Below are positions 40,947 to 54,475 of a DNA stretch of 64,000 bases, one piece after another. Origin of the DNA: Paramecium tetraurelia. Its lineage: Eukaryota. The position numbers were made by a program, and so were the translations under genes. Each line of letters starts with the position of its first letter. Within the stretch, counting starts at the first letter, position 1. The notes below the pieces were generated by a model that had not been told where the DNA came from, did no database searches, and worked only from the letters and a program-made list of their open reading frames with translations. Location of the stretch: contig CT868196.1 of NCBI GenBank assembly GCA_000165425.1, positions 186,001-250,000 of the forward strand, written 5' to 3'.

Positions 40947-42619
40947 TCAATGATTCACTTATGTGGTATAGATGCGATAGACATCATCAAAGGTGTTCAC
41001 TTCTTCTTGTTTCAACTTTCTTTGTTCTTCATAGAATTATTTAGCAGCATCGATATCCTTCAATTAATGCATACACTTACTTTCAAAGCAACCTAATGAG
41101 CCACTGTAATCTACTTTAATCTAGCTCCACATAATATGGATGCTTGTCTTCTGCCAGTCAATTAGTTGACTTATTTAACCTATATTGATAACTAAGTAGA
41201 ATACCAAATAATCTTTCTCATATTAGATAGTTTTATCAAAGAATTGATTTTCCAATTCGATGTGTAATTTGAAATCAATGAATCCTAAATTGGATCTCAC
41301 TTCATCATTGGCTCCAGTCTCTAAAGATTTTTTGGTGTGATTTTCAATAGCATCTAACAATTTTCTGAATCCCTATTATATTTAACAATAATAAATACTT
41401 CCCAATTGTCTGCAAATTCTTCTTCTCCAGGTGGAACAACAGCTCCAGTTCCATGAGGATCCTTGGTAGGAACAGCAATATTTGGTTGTTCATCAACATG
41501 ATGATCTGGTTATTTATCATCAATAACAATTTGAGGATGATCTTCATCACTGGTATTATCACCATCATCTGAGTGAGTAGTATCATCAGAGTGTTTAGTA
41601 TCATCAGAATTATCAGAATCATTATTATCACCAGCATCTTGATTATCTCCAGAATCACCTTAATCATCTGAATCATCTGAATCACCTGAATTGACATGTT
41701 CTTCCTAATGATGTTTTTCATCCTTCTTTGATATTGGATCCTTGTGAATTTGTGGAGAGCCAGAACCAGAACCAGATCCTGATTTACCACCTGTTGGTTT
41801 TGTACTTACTCCACCTCCATTTGTGATTTTAACATTGAGATCTCCAGAATCAGTTGTTCCATCATCATTTTAAACAACAACAACGGTTCCGATTTAATTA
41901 TCACAACCTGGAATAAGAACAACTGCATTGTTTGCCTTATCATCATCATCAGCAGCCTAGTCCAATTAGGTCAATGCCTTTGGTCTGATTCTTTGGATAA
42001 GTGAAATTTCATCAAAAGTGCCTTATTCAATCTCAGGAACAATGAGATCTGATTTATCATCAATCTTTTCCATTAAATTGACTAATTGCCCACTACGATA
42101 TAGCTTAACGAATTTGCTAACTCTATCGTGGAATTATGTCACTTAGGCTAAGGATGATGCTCCTGCTTCCAATTATGCCAGTTCTTCTCTCAAAAACTTC
42201 ACTAAGGCCAAAGCATACCTGAAATTTCTTATGTCATTCACATAGTTGTTGGTTAATGCACATCTTCATATTTAGAATACTCTTACATGCTTGCTTCCAA
42301 CACTCCAATTTTCTTTGTATTTGACTTTTATCTTCCACTCATCCAATTAATGAAACCCTCACTAGCCAATATATCATTCTGCTTCTAAGCTATGTCATCT
42401 TCTTTGTTTTGGCATTCAGCTCTTTAATTTAAAACAGATTGATTAAGAGAATCAGCAACACTCTATTTCTCACCAATTCTTCTTTGCCAAGCAAGCTCTA
42501 ATCCCTCCAATTCTAATTCAGCATTGTGCTTTAACTCAGCCAATAATTGTAGGACATTTTCCTCACTTGATGTACCCAGTGCCATCAGCTAGCACCAAAG
42601 CCAATAACACATACTTCAT
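40947..42619 (-). CDS. Trichocyst matrix protein/granule-lattice-like precursor with long Asp/Gly/His-rich spacer; +1 frameshift in signal peptide as given
   Basis: Two helical halves (SEENVLQLLAELKHNAELELEGL...; GFRKLLDAIENH...), central low-complexity spacer, 4 tiny introns; ATG 42619 frame stops at 42563-42565. Confidence 0.78.
41545..41790 (-). repeat. Coding low-complexity repeats (GSGSGSG; DSDDSDD/HSDD units)
   Basis: Tandem TCT GGT and GAT TCA GAT codon repeats seen directly. Confidence 0.8.
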
Positions 42620-42709
42620 TTAATTAATTTATACAAAAACGGATTAGAACTTCCCTTACTTTAATAGATTTTTTCCTTAACTCACTACTCTGGATTATTT
42701 TAGTAATTA

Positions 42710-43346
42710 ATGAACAACGAAATCAATATCAGATAACTGCTTTACTACAAAAAAATTATTCGTAATAAACCAACTTTAATATCCATAGCTCATACTCAAT
42801 CCCAACGCAGTATTACCCTCATGTCCCAATAGTTTAGTCAAGGTCGACTCTCTGTCCATTCGTAAGAAGATTTAAGATTATCCACTAATGTGACCAATTC
42901 CAGCATCCTCCCTCAAATCAATCTCCGGTACAGTAGTGTCCATTCTCAAGAGTCTATCAAATCTCATCATACTGCATCTACTCCCTTTACTTAGATACAA
43001 GTACCCTCCACTAATCAAATAGTGTTTTATCAATAAAAGCCAAAAAACTATTTCTGAACTCAAGCACCAGACCCAATAAATAAAGCAAGAAATTTCAATT
43101 ATTTTGGAATAGCATGAATAGCAAATTCAAGAGCTCCAATCCTAATTAATCTAAGGAATTCAAATCAAGTATAAATAATTAAAGGATGACAATATCAACA
43201 CAATTATGGAGTCTTATCGTCTGAAGAAGGAAGTTGTGCGCCTAATTAAATCTAAATCATAGATGCTAGAAGATGTAGATGTACTCAACAAAAGAATTAC
43301 AGAACTTGAGTCAATATTATAATCCTTCAAACTTGATTTAAAATGA
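42710..43346 (+). CDS. Hypothetical protein with C-terminal coiled coil
   Basis: MNNEINIRQLLYYKKIIRNKP...DVDVLNKRITELESILQSFKLDLK*; one 22-nt intron. Confidence 0.78.
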
Positions 43347-43358
43347 ATTAATATTTAT

Positions 43359-44981
43359 ATGATAAATTTGCAAATAAGTTTTTGGGATGTAAGCAAGACT
43401 TCTTTGGGACATCTCTCATCTTAATTGGACAAGATGGATCAATTGACTCAGTCTTCTAACCAACTTATGCATACTTTTGAAACTGCATAAAAAATTTACT
43501 TAAATTCTTGCAAAAAATTAGTCAACATTTCCAAGGACGGCTTGATAGAGTAAAGTCAAGTATACTATAAAATGAAATACCTTAATAGAATTTTATAGAC
43601 AAAAGAATGCGATACTAGTCAGATTTATAAGAAACTTCTATATCTATTAGGAACACATACGATCAAATTGAACTAGATAAATGTTATTTCTCCATCAATT
43701 TAGCACATGGAATATTCACAAGGTCCACTTTCCCTTACATGCCCAATTCTATCAATAGCTTTTGTTAAAAGTCCAAAAACTCGTCCAAACACATATATGT
43801 AGCCTTATTGAGATATGAACAACCAAAAGAACATGAGATTACAGTTACTAATTAATAAATCATTATCTTTAACAACATCTATAGTGTTACATTGGATTAT
43901 TATCAAGGTGTGTTTTACCTTGTATCATTCGCCCCTAAATAAGCATAAATTATATCTAAAATTCAACCTTCCTTACTATAATCTTACTGTTAAAAGTTTG
44001 CAGTAGAATTGCCAGAAATATAAAAAAAAGAGGTCTTTTTGATTTATTTGTGCTATTTTTTTAATAACTCCATAAAATTTGCATAAGCACAAATTGCAAT
44101 CCATTCATTAAGAACACAAGGAAAAACAATACCCACTTTATAAAATTATGATTCCTTATCTGATGTATAGTTATTTATTAAAATAGTTCGAAAACTAATT
44201 AGAAACTTATGTCACTTATAAAAATGTCAAAAAATGCGCTTTTAGTGAAATCATTATTAAGAGCAATGATAATTATTATATCTAATTATCTGGATAAACA
44301 CGATCGCTGGAAAATGTTGAAATTTACTGGAACATTAATGATAATTTAGAATAAAAATTAGCTAACTACCATTTATTGGAATAATAAAAATAAAAATTGG
44401 GCCAAATACTTAAATTAAAAAACAGTTCTTACCCTATATATTTCAAATTAAATTGCTAATTGGATAACTATCATAATGAAGATCCTTCGATAGATGAGAC
44501 TTTCAAAATAACAAAATGCCACAATTATTTCAAGATGAATCAATTCACAATTTCTTAAGACGAAGCTTTGTCTTAAATAGATATCTGGTATGAAGTCGAA
44601 TCATAACTCCTCAAATTACCAATCACTTACGAAGATGAGGCAATTTTAGACAAGATGTTCCAAAGTAATGAAGAACCATGGGAATACTTAAAATGGATTA
44701 TCGTCAGAACAAGTGCACTCAAAATTAAAAGATCCATTGCTTAAATCAAATTAGAAAATAAAACGATCAAATTTATATAGAATTTCAAGAGAGATGACAA
44801 AAAAAATATTTCAATTTTAAATCTAGATGGATTTAAATGCCAAGATGAATTAATTCCACTTTAAAACCTCCTTCCATCATTGAATCAAATTGACTTTGAT
44901 TCAATTAAAAAGTTAATTGAGGATAAATTAATTGATGCTAAATTCTCTTAAATTTCAGAAAAGTATAATAATCAATTATGA
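43359..44981 (+). CDS. Hypothetical protein, ~530 aa; weak resemblance of the N-terminus to Mediator subunit MED17
   Basis: MINLQISFWDVSKTSLGHLSSQLDKMDQL; one 29-nt intron; long open frame to TGA 44979-44981; MED17 similarity from memory only. Confidence 0.75.
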
Positions 44982-45291
44982 GTATATATATATATATTAT
45001 AAATAAATATAATTATTTTATTAAGAACAATTATTTTATATCTGAGATATTAGTAGGATCACACTATTAACTCTAATTAAGATAATATTAATTCTAATAA
45101 TAACAATATTGTGTATTTATAATTAAAAATTGTTTTGAGATTAAAATTATACATAATTTCAGGTGATAGTAAATTTCAATCTCCATAATGCTCTTTTTAT
45201 CTATTCTGAGCGTAATTTCGATACTGATGATATACAATCATCTAATCTTTTGAGATTAGTATTGATAATTATATATTAAATTTTATATTTA

Positions 45292-46106
<815 letters not shown>

Positions 46107-46500
46107 TTAATAATATTAATCCTCTTTTAAAAACAAATTACTCACTATTATAATTTTCTATATTTGTTGTTTAAATAAGCATTAGAATAAGGCCTTAAAA
46201 TTCATAATTTATTTAAAAGTACAAATATAAGCACTGGTTATTTGAAATGAATAGGAAACTTAAGTCATTGGGATTATAAAATCATTAGGAGCTCAATTTA
46301 TCGAATACTAGATTAATAAATAAAAGAAGTTATTCAAATAGAAAATTTTCTTTATCTTTTCTGCAATTATTGTAATATTATACTAAAGAAAAGTATTATA
46401 TCATAAAATATGAATCTAGATAAAATCTAGATAATAAATAAAATATTAAAAATTAAATATAATAAATAATTTGATATTTTTGGTTATAATTTTTATGTCT

Positions 46501-47499
46501 TCATAATCCTAATTGTTAACGTAACCATGCAAAATTGTGTTCAATTAATTAGATTATTGAATTAACCACTTCGATTTCGTTTGAAATGCGTTATGATTGA
46601 TGTTTAGTTTATTAAAAAATGTGATTACACTCTTGCTTGATATCATTAACTTATTCTTGTTTTAACTAATATATATTGATGAGTACATTAATTCTATAAA
46701 TGATCTCATTATATTCTAAATCTAATTATTTCACTAGATGCTCAGTTTCATCTATGTTCTATTGTATTTCATTCAAAAATTGTATGACACTATCTAATTA
46801 TGATTAATATAATGAAATTAAATTTTTGGTTTATTGTTGTTTTTCATCGAAATACTTATCTTCTAATGACATCATATCTGTAGTAAAATCAATCAAATCA
46901 TTTAACAATGGTTTTAAGCTTTATTAATCAATTTTGAGAGACAACGGATTTCTAAACTTAAGAATATCATAAATATTACTTTTGATTCACATAATCATAT
47001 CTCCTTTCTTATAATTGCATTGTTAATTTATGATATTACTCTTTTTGTAACTTCTCTCTATTTTGACAAATCTCTATATTTTTTATTAACAATTCCTTCT
47101 CTTTAATTTTGGTTGTCATCATGTGTTGATACTATTCAATGTGAGGCTTATGTGCATAAATTTCTTCCCGTACATCATACTATTTATTATTTTCAAATCT
47201 ACTTTATTCTCATTTAGTTTTGCAATTAATTCCTCTATCGATTCAACATTTTGTATACATTCATCTAATTTCGATTTTTAAAGTTTATTCGCATTACTTC
47301 TTTATTTTACTAGTTTCTCTTAAGATTTATATCAATTATTATTACCATGAATTCCATTCAATAATTACAATAAATCTCCTGTGGGTTCATCAGCTTAAAT
47401 ATGTAGTTACACAGTTTCTAATAATGTTGATCCCAATTCTGTTTCTCGCAGCTAATCCAATTGCGCATATATAACTGATACAAGTATCAAAATTATCAT
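46501..47499 (-). CDS. Trichocyst matrix protein-like secreted coiled-coil protein
   Basis: MIILILVSVIYAQLDQLRETELGSTLLETVQLHIQADEPTGDLLQLLNGI resembles the TMP prosequence motif; 4 tiny introns. Confidence 0.8.
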
Positions 47500-48780
47500 C
47501 GCTCGAAAAACGATATTTAAAATAATCTAATTTATATTTAACTTTATAACATAATCCTCAACTAGTTATAATTATGTATTTATAACTTCAATATTTATGT
47601 AATCAATATAGCAAATTTACTCCTACTTATCTTAGTAACGATTTCAGAGGATGGTTAATTTTAAACGCATAATTTCATAGCAAAAATTCCGTTAAAGTTT
47701 AGGCCGATGGCAAAATTCTCATTTAATATTACATTATATCTCTACAATGAAGGATAAACCATCATATCCTTAAGTGCTTCTAAATTCTTTGATCTATGCT
47801 AGTACTTTTATTGTCCTGTGTATTATCTTAGAAATTTATGTGATTACTGCATTAAAAATAGAGACCTGCTATGCTGTATATTAATTAATCTTAAGCAGAT
47901 TCTTTAAAAATTATTCAAAAGTATATTAGAACCTATGCCAAAGTGTTCATTTTATAAAATTAAAAATACTATTTTATCCCCTTCTTGTGATAATATTAAT
48001 TAGTAGATGAAAGTTAAGAATAGAAATTTTGATATCATAGGTCAAAACTAAGAAGAATTACTATAATTGAGTCTAACTTATTAATGATGTTAAATTTCAA
48101 TTCATATATTTTCTTAAACTATTTCATATGGCAAAAAGGTCATTGAAGATAATAATAGAAGTGTTATTGGAATGAGGGAGTCAAAATATATTCGAATATA
48201 GTTCATTAGACTAAGGTAACTATTTAGAATCAGGCAATCCTTAAGATTTATAAAGAAGAATACCCTTCATATTCAAAATTCTTCTAATAGTATGGCTTGT
48301 ATTTGAGAATATTAAAATGGTTTTATTGCATCTATTAATTTTATTATATTAATATAGGTATATTTATAAACTTTTTCCAATTTACATAATATGAATTAAT
48401 TTTCTGATTTTATTCAATACTGCATATATTAGACTTATAAAAAGGAAACCCATAACATCATTAAAGGAATCCGAGTATAAATTCGAGAAGAAATTTTATA
48501 AATTTTTTATATGATAACTCTTCAAGTAGGTTTGATGTACAATATATATCTCATCGATGCTTCTTTTAATATAATTCAGAATAAAATATTAATTCAAGAA
48601 TTCATTTTATTTCAAATACTAAATAAGATGTTCATTTATATTTTTGTCAATACAATAACTAAAAAATTATTAATTATTATCTAATAGTCACAATGATTAG
48701 TGTAGTGACTCGTTTGGAAATTTATAGCAATAATTCAAACCGATTAATTTTCTTAAAACCTTTTTTATCCTGAAAAATTA

Positions 48781-49149
48781 TCAATTCAGGAAATTAACCA
48801 AATTTTTATATAAGTCGAGTATCAAGTCTGAGGTCTTTGGATAAATTACATTTTCTATAAAATCGATAGCGTTAGCACTTTTTGAAATGTGGTTTATATT
48901 AGGACTTAAATACTGATTCAATTTTATGATGTTCATGTTAAGCCTTCCGTTTGAAATTCTTTCTCTTCCCTTTTTGGTTTACATAATTTATTTAAGAATT
49001 TCAATAGCCCTTTATTATGTTGGCCAGACATGGTGTTTTTTTGAATACCTATTTTTGAAAGAAAAATTACTCAATAATTGCTTGGTGATATTGGTAAAAT
49101 AGATGATAGGGAAGAATTTGTTATTAGATCTAGATTGCAAAAACTGCAT
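48781..49149 (-). CDS. Possible small basic protein (~120 aa) with mitochondrial-presequence-like N-terminus
   Basis: MQFLQSRSNNKFFPIIYFTNITKQLLSNFSFKNRYSKKHHVWPTQQRAIEILKQIMQTKKGRER...; open frame under ciliate code, no motif recognised. Confidence 0.45.
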
Positions 49150-49331
49150 ATATTTATCAATAAAAACATTTATAAGACTATGTTTATGTTTTGATTTCAA
49201 AATAATTGTTTTTTTACTCAAAAATAAATATAATAAAAATTTAGATAATTATATTATTGGTGTGTTAGTTTTTACGTTTCAATTAAATTTATTTAAAACT
49301 GTATATAATGTTAAATATATTAAGAAAGAAC

Positions 49332-49952
49332 TCAAACATATTTCATACAGTTCCCGATTATTGAGGTGAAAGTTAAGAACAAATCTTAAATCTTCTATTT
49401 GGCTTCAGGAAACAGAACACTATTATCAATAAGAGCAGTCATTCTTTATTCCTCAGGCCAGATTTTAATAATTTTTCTTCCCATAACTCTTTTCTCTTTG
49501 TCTCTAATGGCAAGCTCTTCTTCAATTTCTTTTGGCACTATTGAAGCCTCCGAATCTTTGAGACTCTTATAGTACCTATTTTTGAGCATGTTCATAGTTT
49601 TTCCTGGGAAGTATTTAGTGATTTTTTAAAATTTAGGACCCAATTTCTTCACCAATAATAAAAGGATTCTGTCCTCCTCTGGCGAAAAGATTGAGTTTGA
49701 GGCTTTAACTTTAGTATCTAGATAATTTCTTTGCTTTTCTTTTATGTATTTATATAGAGCACTGCTTCTATCCTTATCACCATAGAGAATTGGCTTTCTT
49801 CTTTATCTAGATTACTTAGGTTTAAATCTAGGTAAGGTTGGGATAGTTTCTGAGCTCTGAGCAACCTATGTGTTTAGTTAGAGTGATTCTGATTATATTT
49901 AGCAATCATCGATGAAAGAAGAATCATCTTGATGTTGTTAAATGCAAATCAT
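49332..49952 (-). CDS. Single-repeat Myb/SANT-domain protein
   Basis: FSPEEDRILLLLVKKLGPKFQKITKYFPGKTMNMLKNRYYKSL; intronless, 206 aa. Confidence 0.9.
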
Positions 49953-50936
49953 TTATTTTAATTATTAAAAACAAGAGGAAATATCTTAATTTATATAGTA
50001 CTAATTAATACTTCATGTTTTAAATTTTATGATACAGTCAAATTTTGCAATCTCTTTTCTCAGGTTTGAAGTCTCTTTTAAGGAATACCAATTTTATATT
50101 TAAAATTACTAGAGCCATACATTTAATATTCTTTATTTAAGGGGCAAGATTTTTTTTCTAGAAAACAACTTTCTAGTGCTCTCGTTTCGGTTCTATTAAA
50201 TAAACAAAATGATCTAGGATTATAGTGTTTGGTGTTTAAATCTCACTAAAATTAAACTATATTTTGATGATTTTGAATCATAGTAATAAATCAATATATA
50301 TAAAATTTATTTAGAATTTTTTAAGAAACATTCAATAGAGTGATTAAAACATTCAACCTTAAGGAAGGATTCGTAGTTTATTTAAAAATAACAAAAATCA
50401 ATTTATTGATTGAAAAATCAGAAACATTAGAAAAACTGATAAAGAAAACTAAAATGTGACATATTAATAATCCGATAATATACAGAACTTAAAAATTGAA
50501 GACGATTATTGAAAAATTATCTAATAAGAATAAAACTATAATTGATGAGAATATTTTAAAAACACTGTCCTAAATTTATACTTGCATATTAATTTTTTTT
50601 AAAAATTGTAGCGTTTAAATTATATTTTTAGAATTAATATATAAAGTTATTTAATGATCATTTAATTAATTTATTATAATTATTGACAAGAATCGCCTTG
50701 AAGAAGCGAGTTCCTAGATAGACTTAGATAAGTCAGAACTTAATTTAAACCAATTATAATTTAGGATACATAAAACCATTATAACAGTAATCATCGAAAC
50801 CATGTTCATTTGGACTAGTTAGTAGATTACGTATCATTTTAGGGGTCTATGAATTTTAATAGAGTTTCATCTTAAATTAATAGGCTATTTTTATACTGTT
50901 AATAATGTTTATAAAAATATGTTTATTGAATCATTT

Positions 50937-51533
50937 TCATTTTTTGCAAGTGCTAACCAGTTCTTAAAATGAAGAAAGGAATGTATGCAAAATCTCTTTG
51001 GCTTCAGGAAATAGGGGGCTACCTTCAATCACAGAGCTCATTTATTTATGTTAAGGCCATAAATTTAGTATTTTACTGCCAATTACTCTTGATTCATTAT
51101 TTTTTGAAAATAACTCTTCTTCTAATTCTTTTGGAAATTCTTGAGATTCAACATGACGGAGTGTCTTATAGTATCTGTTTTTAATCATATTGACAGTTTT
51201 TCCTGAAAAATACCTTGTGATTTTATGAAATTTGGGGCCTAATTTCTTTACAAGCAAAATTAGAACTCTGTCTTCTTCAGCTGAAAATTAAGAAACCTAA
51301 CTTCTTGGTCTATAATCGAGCAATGCTTTTTGCTTTTCCTTTAGATATTTATATATTGCACTGCTTCTATCTTTCTATCCGTATTCAATTGTTTTTTTTC
51401 GTTACCTAAACTGTTTTGATTTAAAAATTCCTTCATTTTAAAAAGTTGTTTCTTGATGATGGTACTTCATTTAATAAGGACTTTCCTTATAGTTCGAGCT
51501 TAGGCTAGGCAAATGGAAGCATTCTGGAATCAT
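50937..51533 (-). CDS. Single-repeat Myb/SANT-domain protein, tandem paralog
   Basis: FSAEEDRVLILLVKKLGPKFHKITRYFSGKTVNMIKNRYYKTL; alternative in-frame ATG at 51557. Confidence 0.9.
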
Positions 51534-51911
51534 TATTTTTAATTAAAATTAATCCATTTCTTCAAGAACAATAATGAAGCAAAAATAATTAGATACAAAA
51601 TCTTTAATTTTTTTTTAAATTAAGCCTTTCAATTTCTCCCCTTAACTATATGCAAACGATAACAACTTTGTTAGTGGTAACTTTCAATACTTTAAGATTA
51701 AGATTTTAAAATAATTTGGGAAAAATCATTTTTGGAACAATAAACTGCTTTTTATATACAATATAAAATTAATTTAAAAAAATAAATCTCCTCTTATATT
51801 TGTAGAATTGAGCAATTATGAGGTAAGTGCTTATTATATAATATTGAACTCAGTCTATATTAATAGTAATATGTTATATTATAATATATATATATTTTAA
51901 TTCTAATAATT

Positions 51912-52249
51912 TCAAAGTTATTAAATTTGTGAATTAATTTTCTCTGCTCTGTCTCTATAATTTTCTAATTGCTTCTTTTCTGTATGAAATTACTGCTTCA
52001 AATCACCTAAAACCTAATTTTTATTTTTTATATTACTAGTGAATATATTTCCTCTATGTCCTTCTAATGAGCTGACAGAATTTCTTTAATGAATTTCTCT
52101 ATATCCTTATCAGTGATCTAATTCTCAGGGCTGGTCAACTGCTGATTCATTCGCTTTGCCCTTTCGTATAATTATTATTCTGTAGACATAAATAATTAAT
52201 ATAAAATTTCACACTGTTTTATAGTCTAAGTGGAATCTAAAAATTACAT
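51912..52249 (-). CDS. Small coiled-coil hypothetical protein
   Basis: ...MSTEQQLYERAKRMNQQLTSPENQITDKDIEKFIKEIL...; one 23-nt intron; start uncertain. Confidence 0.65.
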
Positions 52250-52762
52250 TTTCAATTTAATCACAATGTAAATGGTATCCAAATCAATGGAATTGAACTC
52301 AGAAACAATAAGTATCCATAATAAAAATAAAGAGTGTCAATAACTTGGAGAGATATAACTTCAAAGTTTATAAATAGTATTAATTAAAATTTATCAGTAA
52401 TTGATAATCGACTATTGCAATTCTGTTAATAAAATTTATATATATGAGAAGTATAACAAATGTAATTATAATTATAATCCCATATCTTAAAGTATAAGAA
52501 TGATTAAATTATTCAATAAATGATTAAAATTAACTATAGAAGTTGATTTAAATCTATAAACAATCTAAAAATTAGGACCAATAAATATTAGGTAAAAATA
52601 AGTAAAGGATTTTATGAAATAAAGTATTTGTATAAGAGGAAATGATATGGTGATTATATTAATGATCAATTTTCAAATGATATTATTAAAATTATATCAT
52701 GATCATAATGTCTTTAGATAATTTGTGAAATATTATTTAATATATTATAAAATTATAATAAA

Positions 52763-53204
52763 ATGGACGCAGGAGGAGCTAACACTTTTGTAGTTGAACC
52801 AAAGGATGAGGAAAAGTAAAAATAAAAGGATTTTATTAGATTTTATCCCTCTAAAGTGAGGAAACTTATTTAAGAAATTATGGAGGACAAATTAAAAAAC
52901 GAAACTTATGATGCAAATAATACCCCTATTCTTGGAGAGGAACTTGTAAAAAGAATAAGAAGCAAGGTTAGAGATTGTAAGGAAATATAGTTAATTATAG
53001 CCATAAAAATGCCTAGATTTAAAATTGCAGTTTAAGTAGTTATAGGAGAAGTTAAAGGATAAGGTTGTAAAGTAACATCAAAGAACCTATGGGATCCTAC
53101 TTGGGATAATTATGCATCATATGCCTTCTAAAATGTATTGTGAATTCATTAATTAGGAAACTATCTATGGGGTTGGGATTGTTTTTGGTGTCTATTATGA
53201 ATGA
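52763..53204 (+). CDS. TCTEX1D2: Tctex1-domain dynein light chain (TCTEX1D2/DYNLT2B type)
   Basis: FYPSKVRKLI, MPRFKIAVQVVIGEVKGQG, LWDPTWDNYAS, VFGVYYE*; 3 tiny introns. Confidence 0.92.
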
Positions 53205-53396
53205 AATTTTGAATATTAAAAATTAATTATTATTTATTTTAACTTTAGAACCACATAACATACTCTACTCTTATCATCATAATTATTACTTCCTTATGAA
53301 GTGAAATAATTAGGGAACTACAAAAAATTATAATTAGAATTACATTTCAAAATTTGAGAGATATTAATAGAATTGTGTTGGAAATACTCTCGAGAT

Positions 53397-53468
53397 GCCA
53401 TCTTCGTATAGTGGTTAGTACTTAGCGTTGTGGCCGCTAAAGCCCAGGTTCAATTCCTGGAGGTGGCA
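53397..53468 (+). tRNA. tRNA-His (anticodon GTG)
   Basis: GCCATCT/AGGTGGC acceptor stem, D-loop TAGTGGTTAG, anticodon loop TTGTGGC, T-loop GGTTCAATTCC; no encoded CCA. Confidence 0.96.
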
Positions 53469-53469
53469 C

Positions 53470-53478
53470 TTTTTTTTT
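53470..53478 (+). terminator. RNA polymerase III oligo(T) terminator of tRNA-His
   Basis: T9 run immediately 3' of the tRNA. Confidence 0.85.
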
Positions 53479-53769
53479 ATTTAAGTTTAATATTTGCATT
53501 TATAAATTATTACCTCAATAAATAATAAGATTAAGAAAATATGTTGTTTTAGACAATATCAGATTACTTTTATGGAAATACCCTTCTATTATTAACTAAA
53601 ATCAATAAAAAATTTGACAGTCACAAAATTTTAGGATTGATTCATTTCAAGTTTTATATGACTTAATACAGAATATAAGAAAATTTAACTAAAATCTATA
53701 AACAACTATCAACAATTAGGAGTAATGAATCTTTAGAAATTATTCATTAATAATTATATAAATTTTAAA

Positions 53770-54218
53770 ATGCCAAGAAGAAGTGGATCATCCTCAAGAT
53801 CAAGACCAAGCCCAACCAGAAGCACAGCTACAGCTGCAAGACCAGCTCCTTAAGCTTAAGCTCCACCATAAGCACCTGCAAGATCAGGAGGTATGTTTTC
53901 TGGCCTTGGATCAACTCTGATGACAGGAATGGCCTTTGGTGCAGGATCTGAAGTAGCTCATCAAGCTATAAGATCTGTCATGGGAGGATCTGGTATGATT
54001 TCTTAGTAATTTATTAAAGGTCATTCTTAATCTGTTGATTAATAAGCTTAATAAGAAGCCCCATAATAGCAATAATAAGTTTGTCAAAGTGAAAGCCAAA
54101 TGTTTTCAAATGTAAATTATATACTTAAGTTTAGTGCTTGTAAACAAACTAGGACATCACTAGATGCTAACCATATATGGATATTTTCAAAGAATGCTAA
54201 AAGAAATTCAATTTATGA
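53770..54218 (+). CDS. CHCHD2: CHCHD2/CHCHD10 (Mix17)-like mitochondrial twin CX9C protein
   Basis: MPRRSGSSSRS presequence-like start, GMAFGAGSEVAHQAI hydrophobic helix, CQSESQMFSNC...CQPYMDIFKEC. Confidence 0.93.
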
Positions 54219-54475
54219 TGATTAATTATTGCATTAAATATATAGAACAAAGATAATATCCTTAATGTTTAATAGAATAATTGGGAAGACAACCATGATT
54301 TAAACATCCTTTTTCTATATTTTCTATAATCAAAAAATCCTAATTTATTAATTATTTTAATTTTTAGAATAAATAAATTAGATTTCTGATTTTAAGGACA
54401 TCTCCAAAACAGTGATCCTTAACTATATTTGTTTTTATGATCAAATGCGATTTTAAATTCATATTATATAATATA

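Noticed and set aside
41344..41790. 148-aa Met/Ile-rich ORF in the supplied track
   Set aside because: Out-of-frame shadow of the Asp/Ser-rich spacer (GAT repeats read as ATG/ATT)
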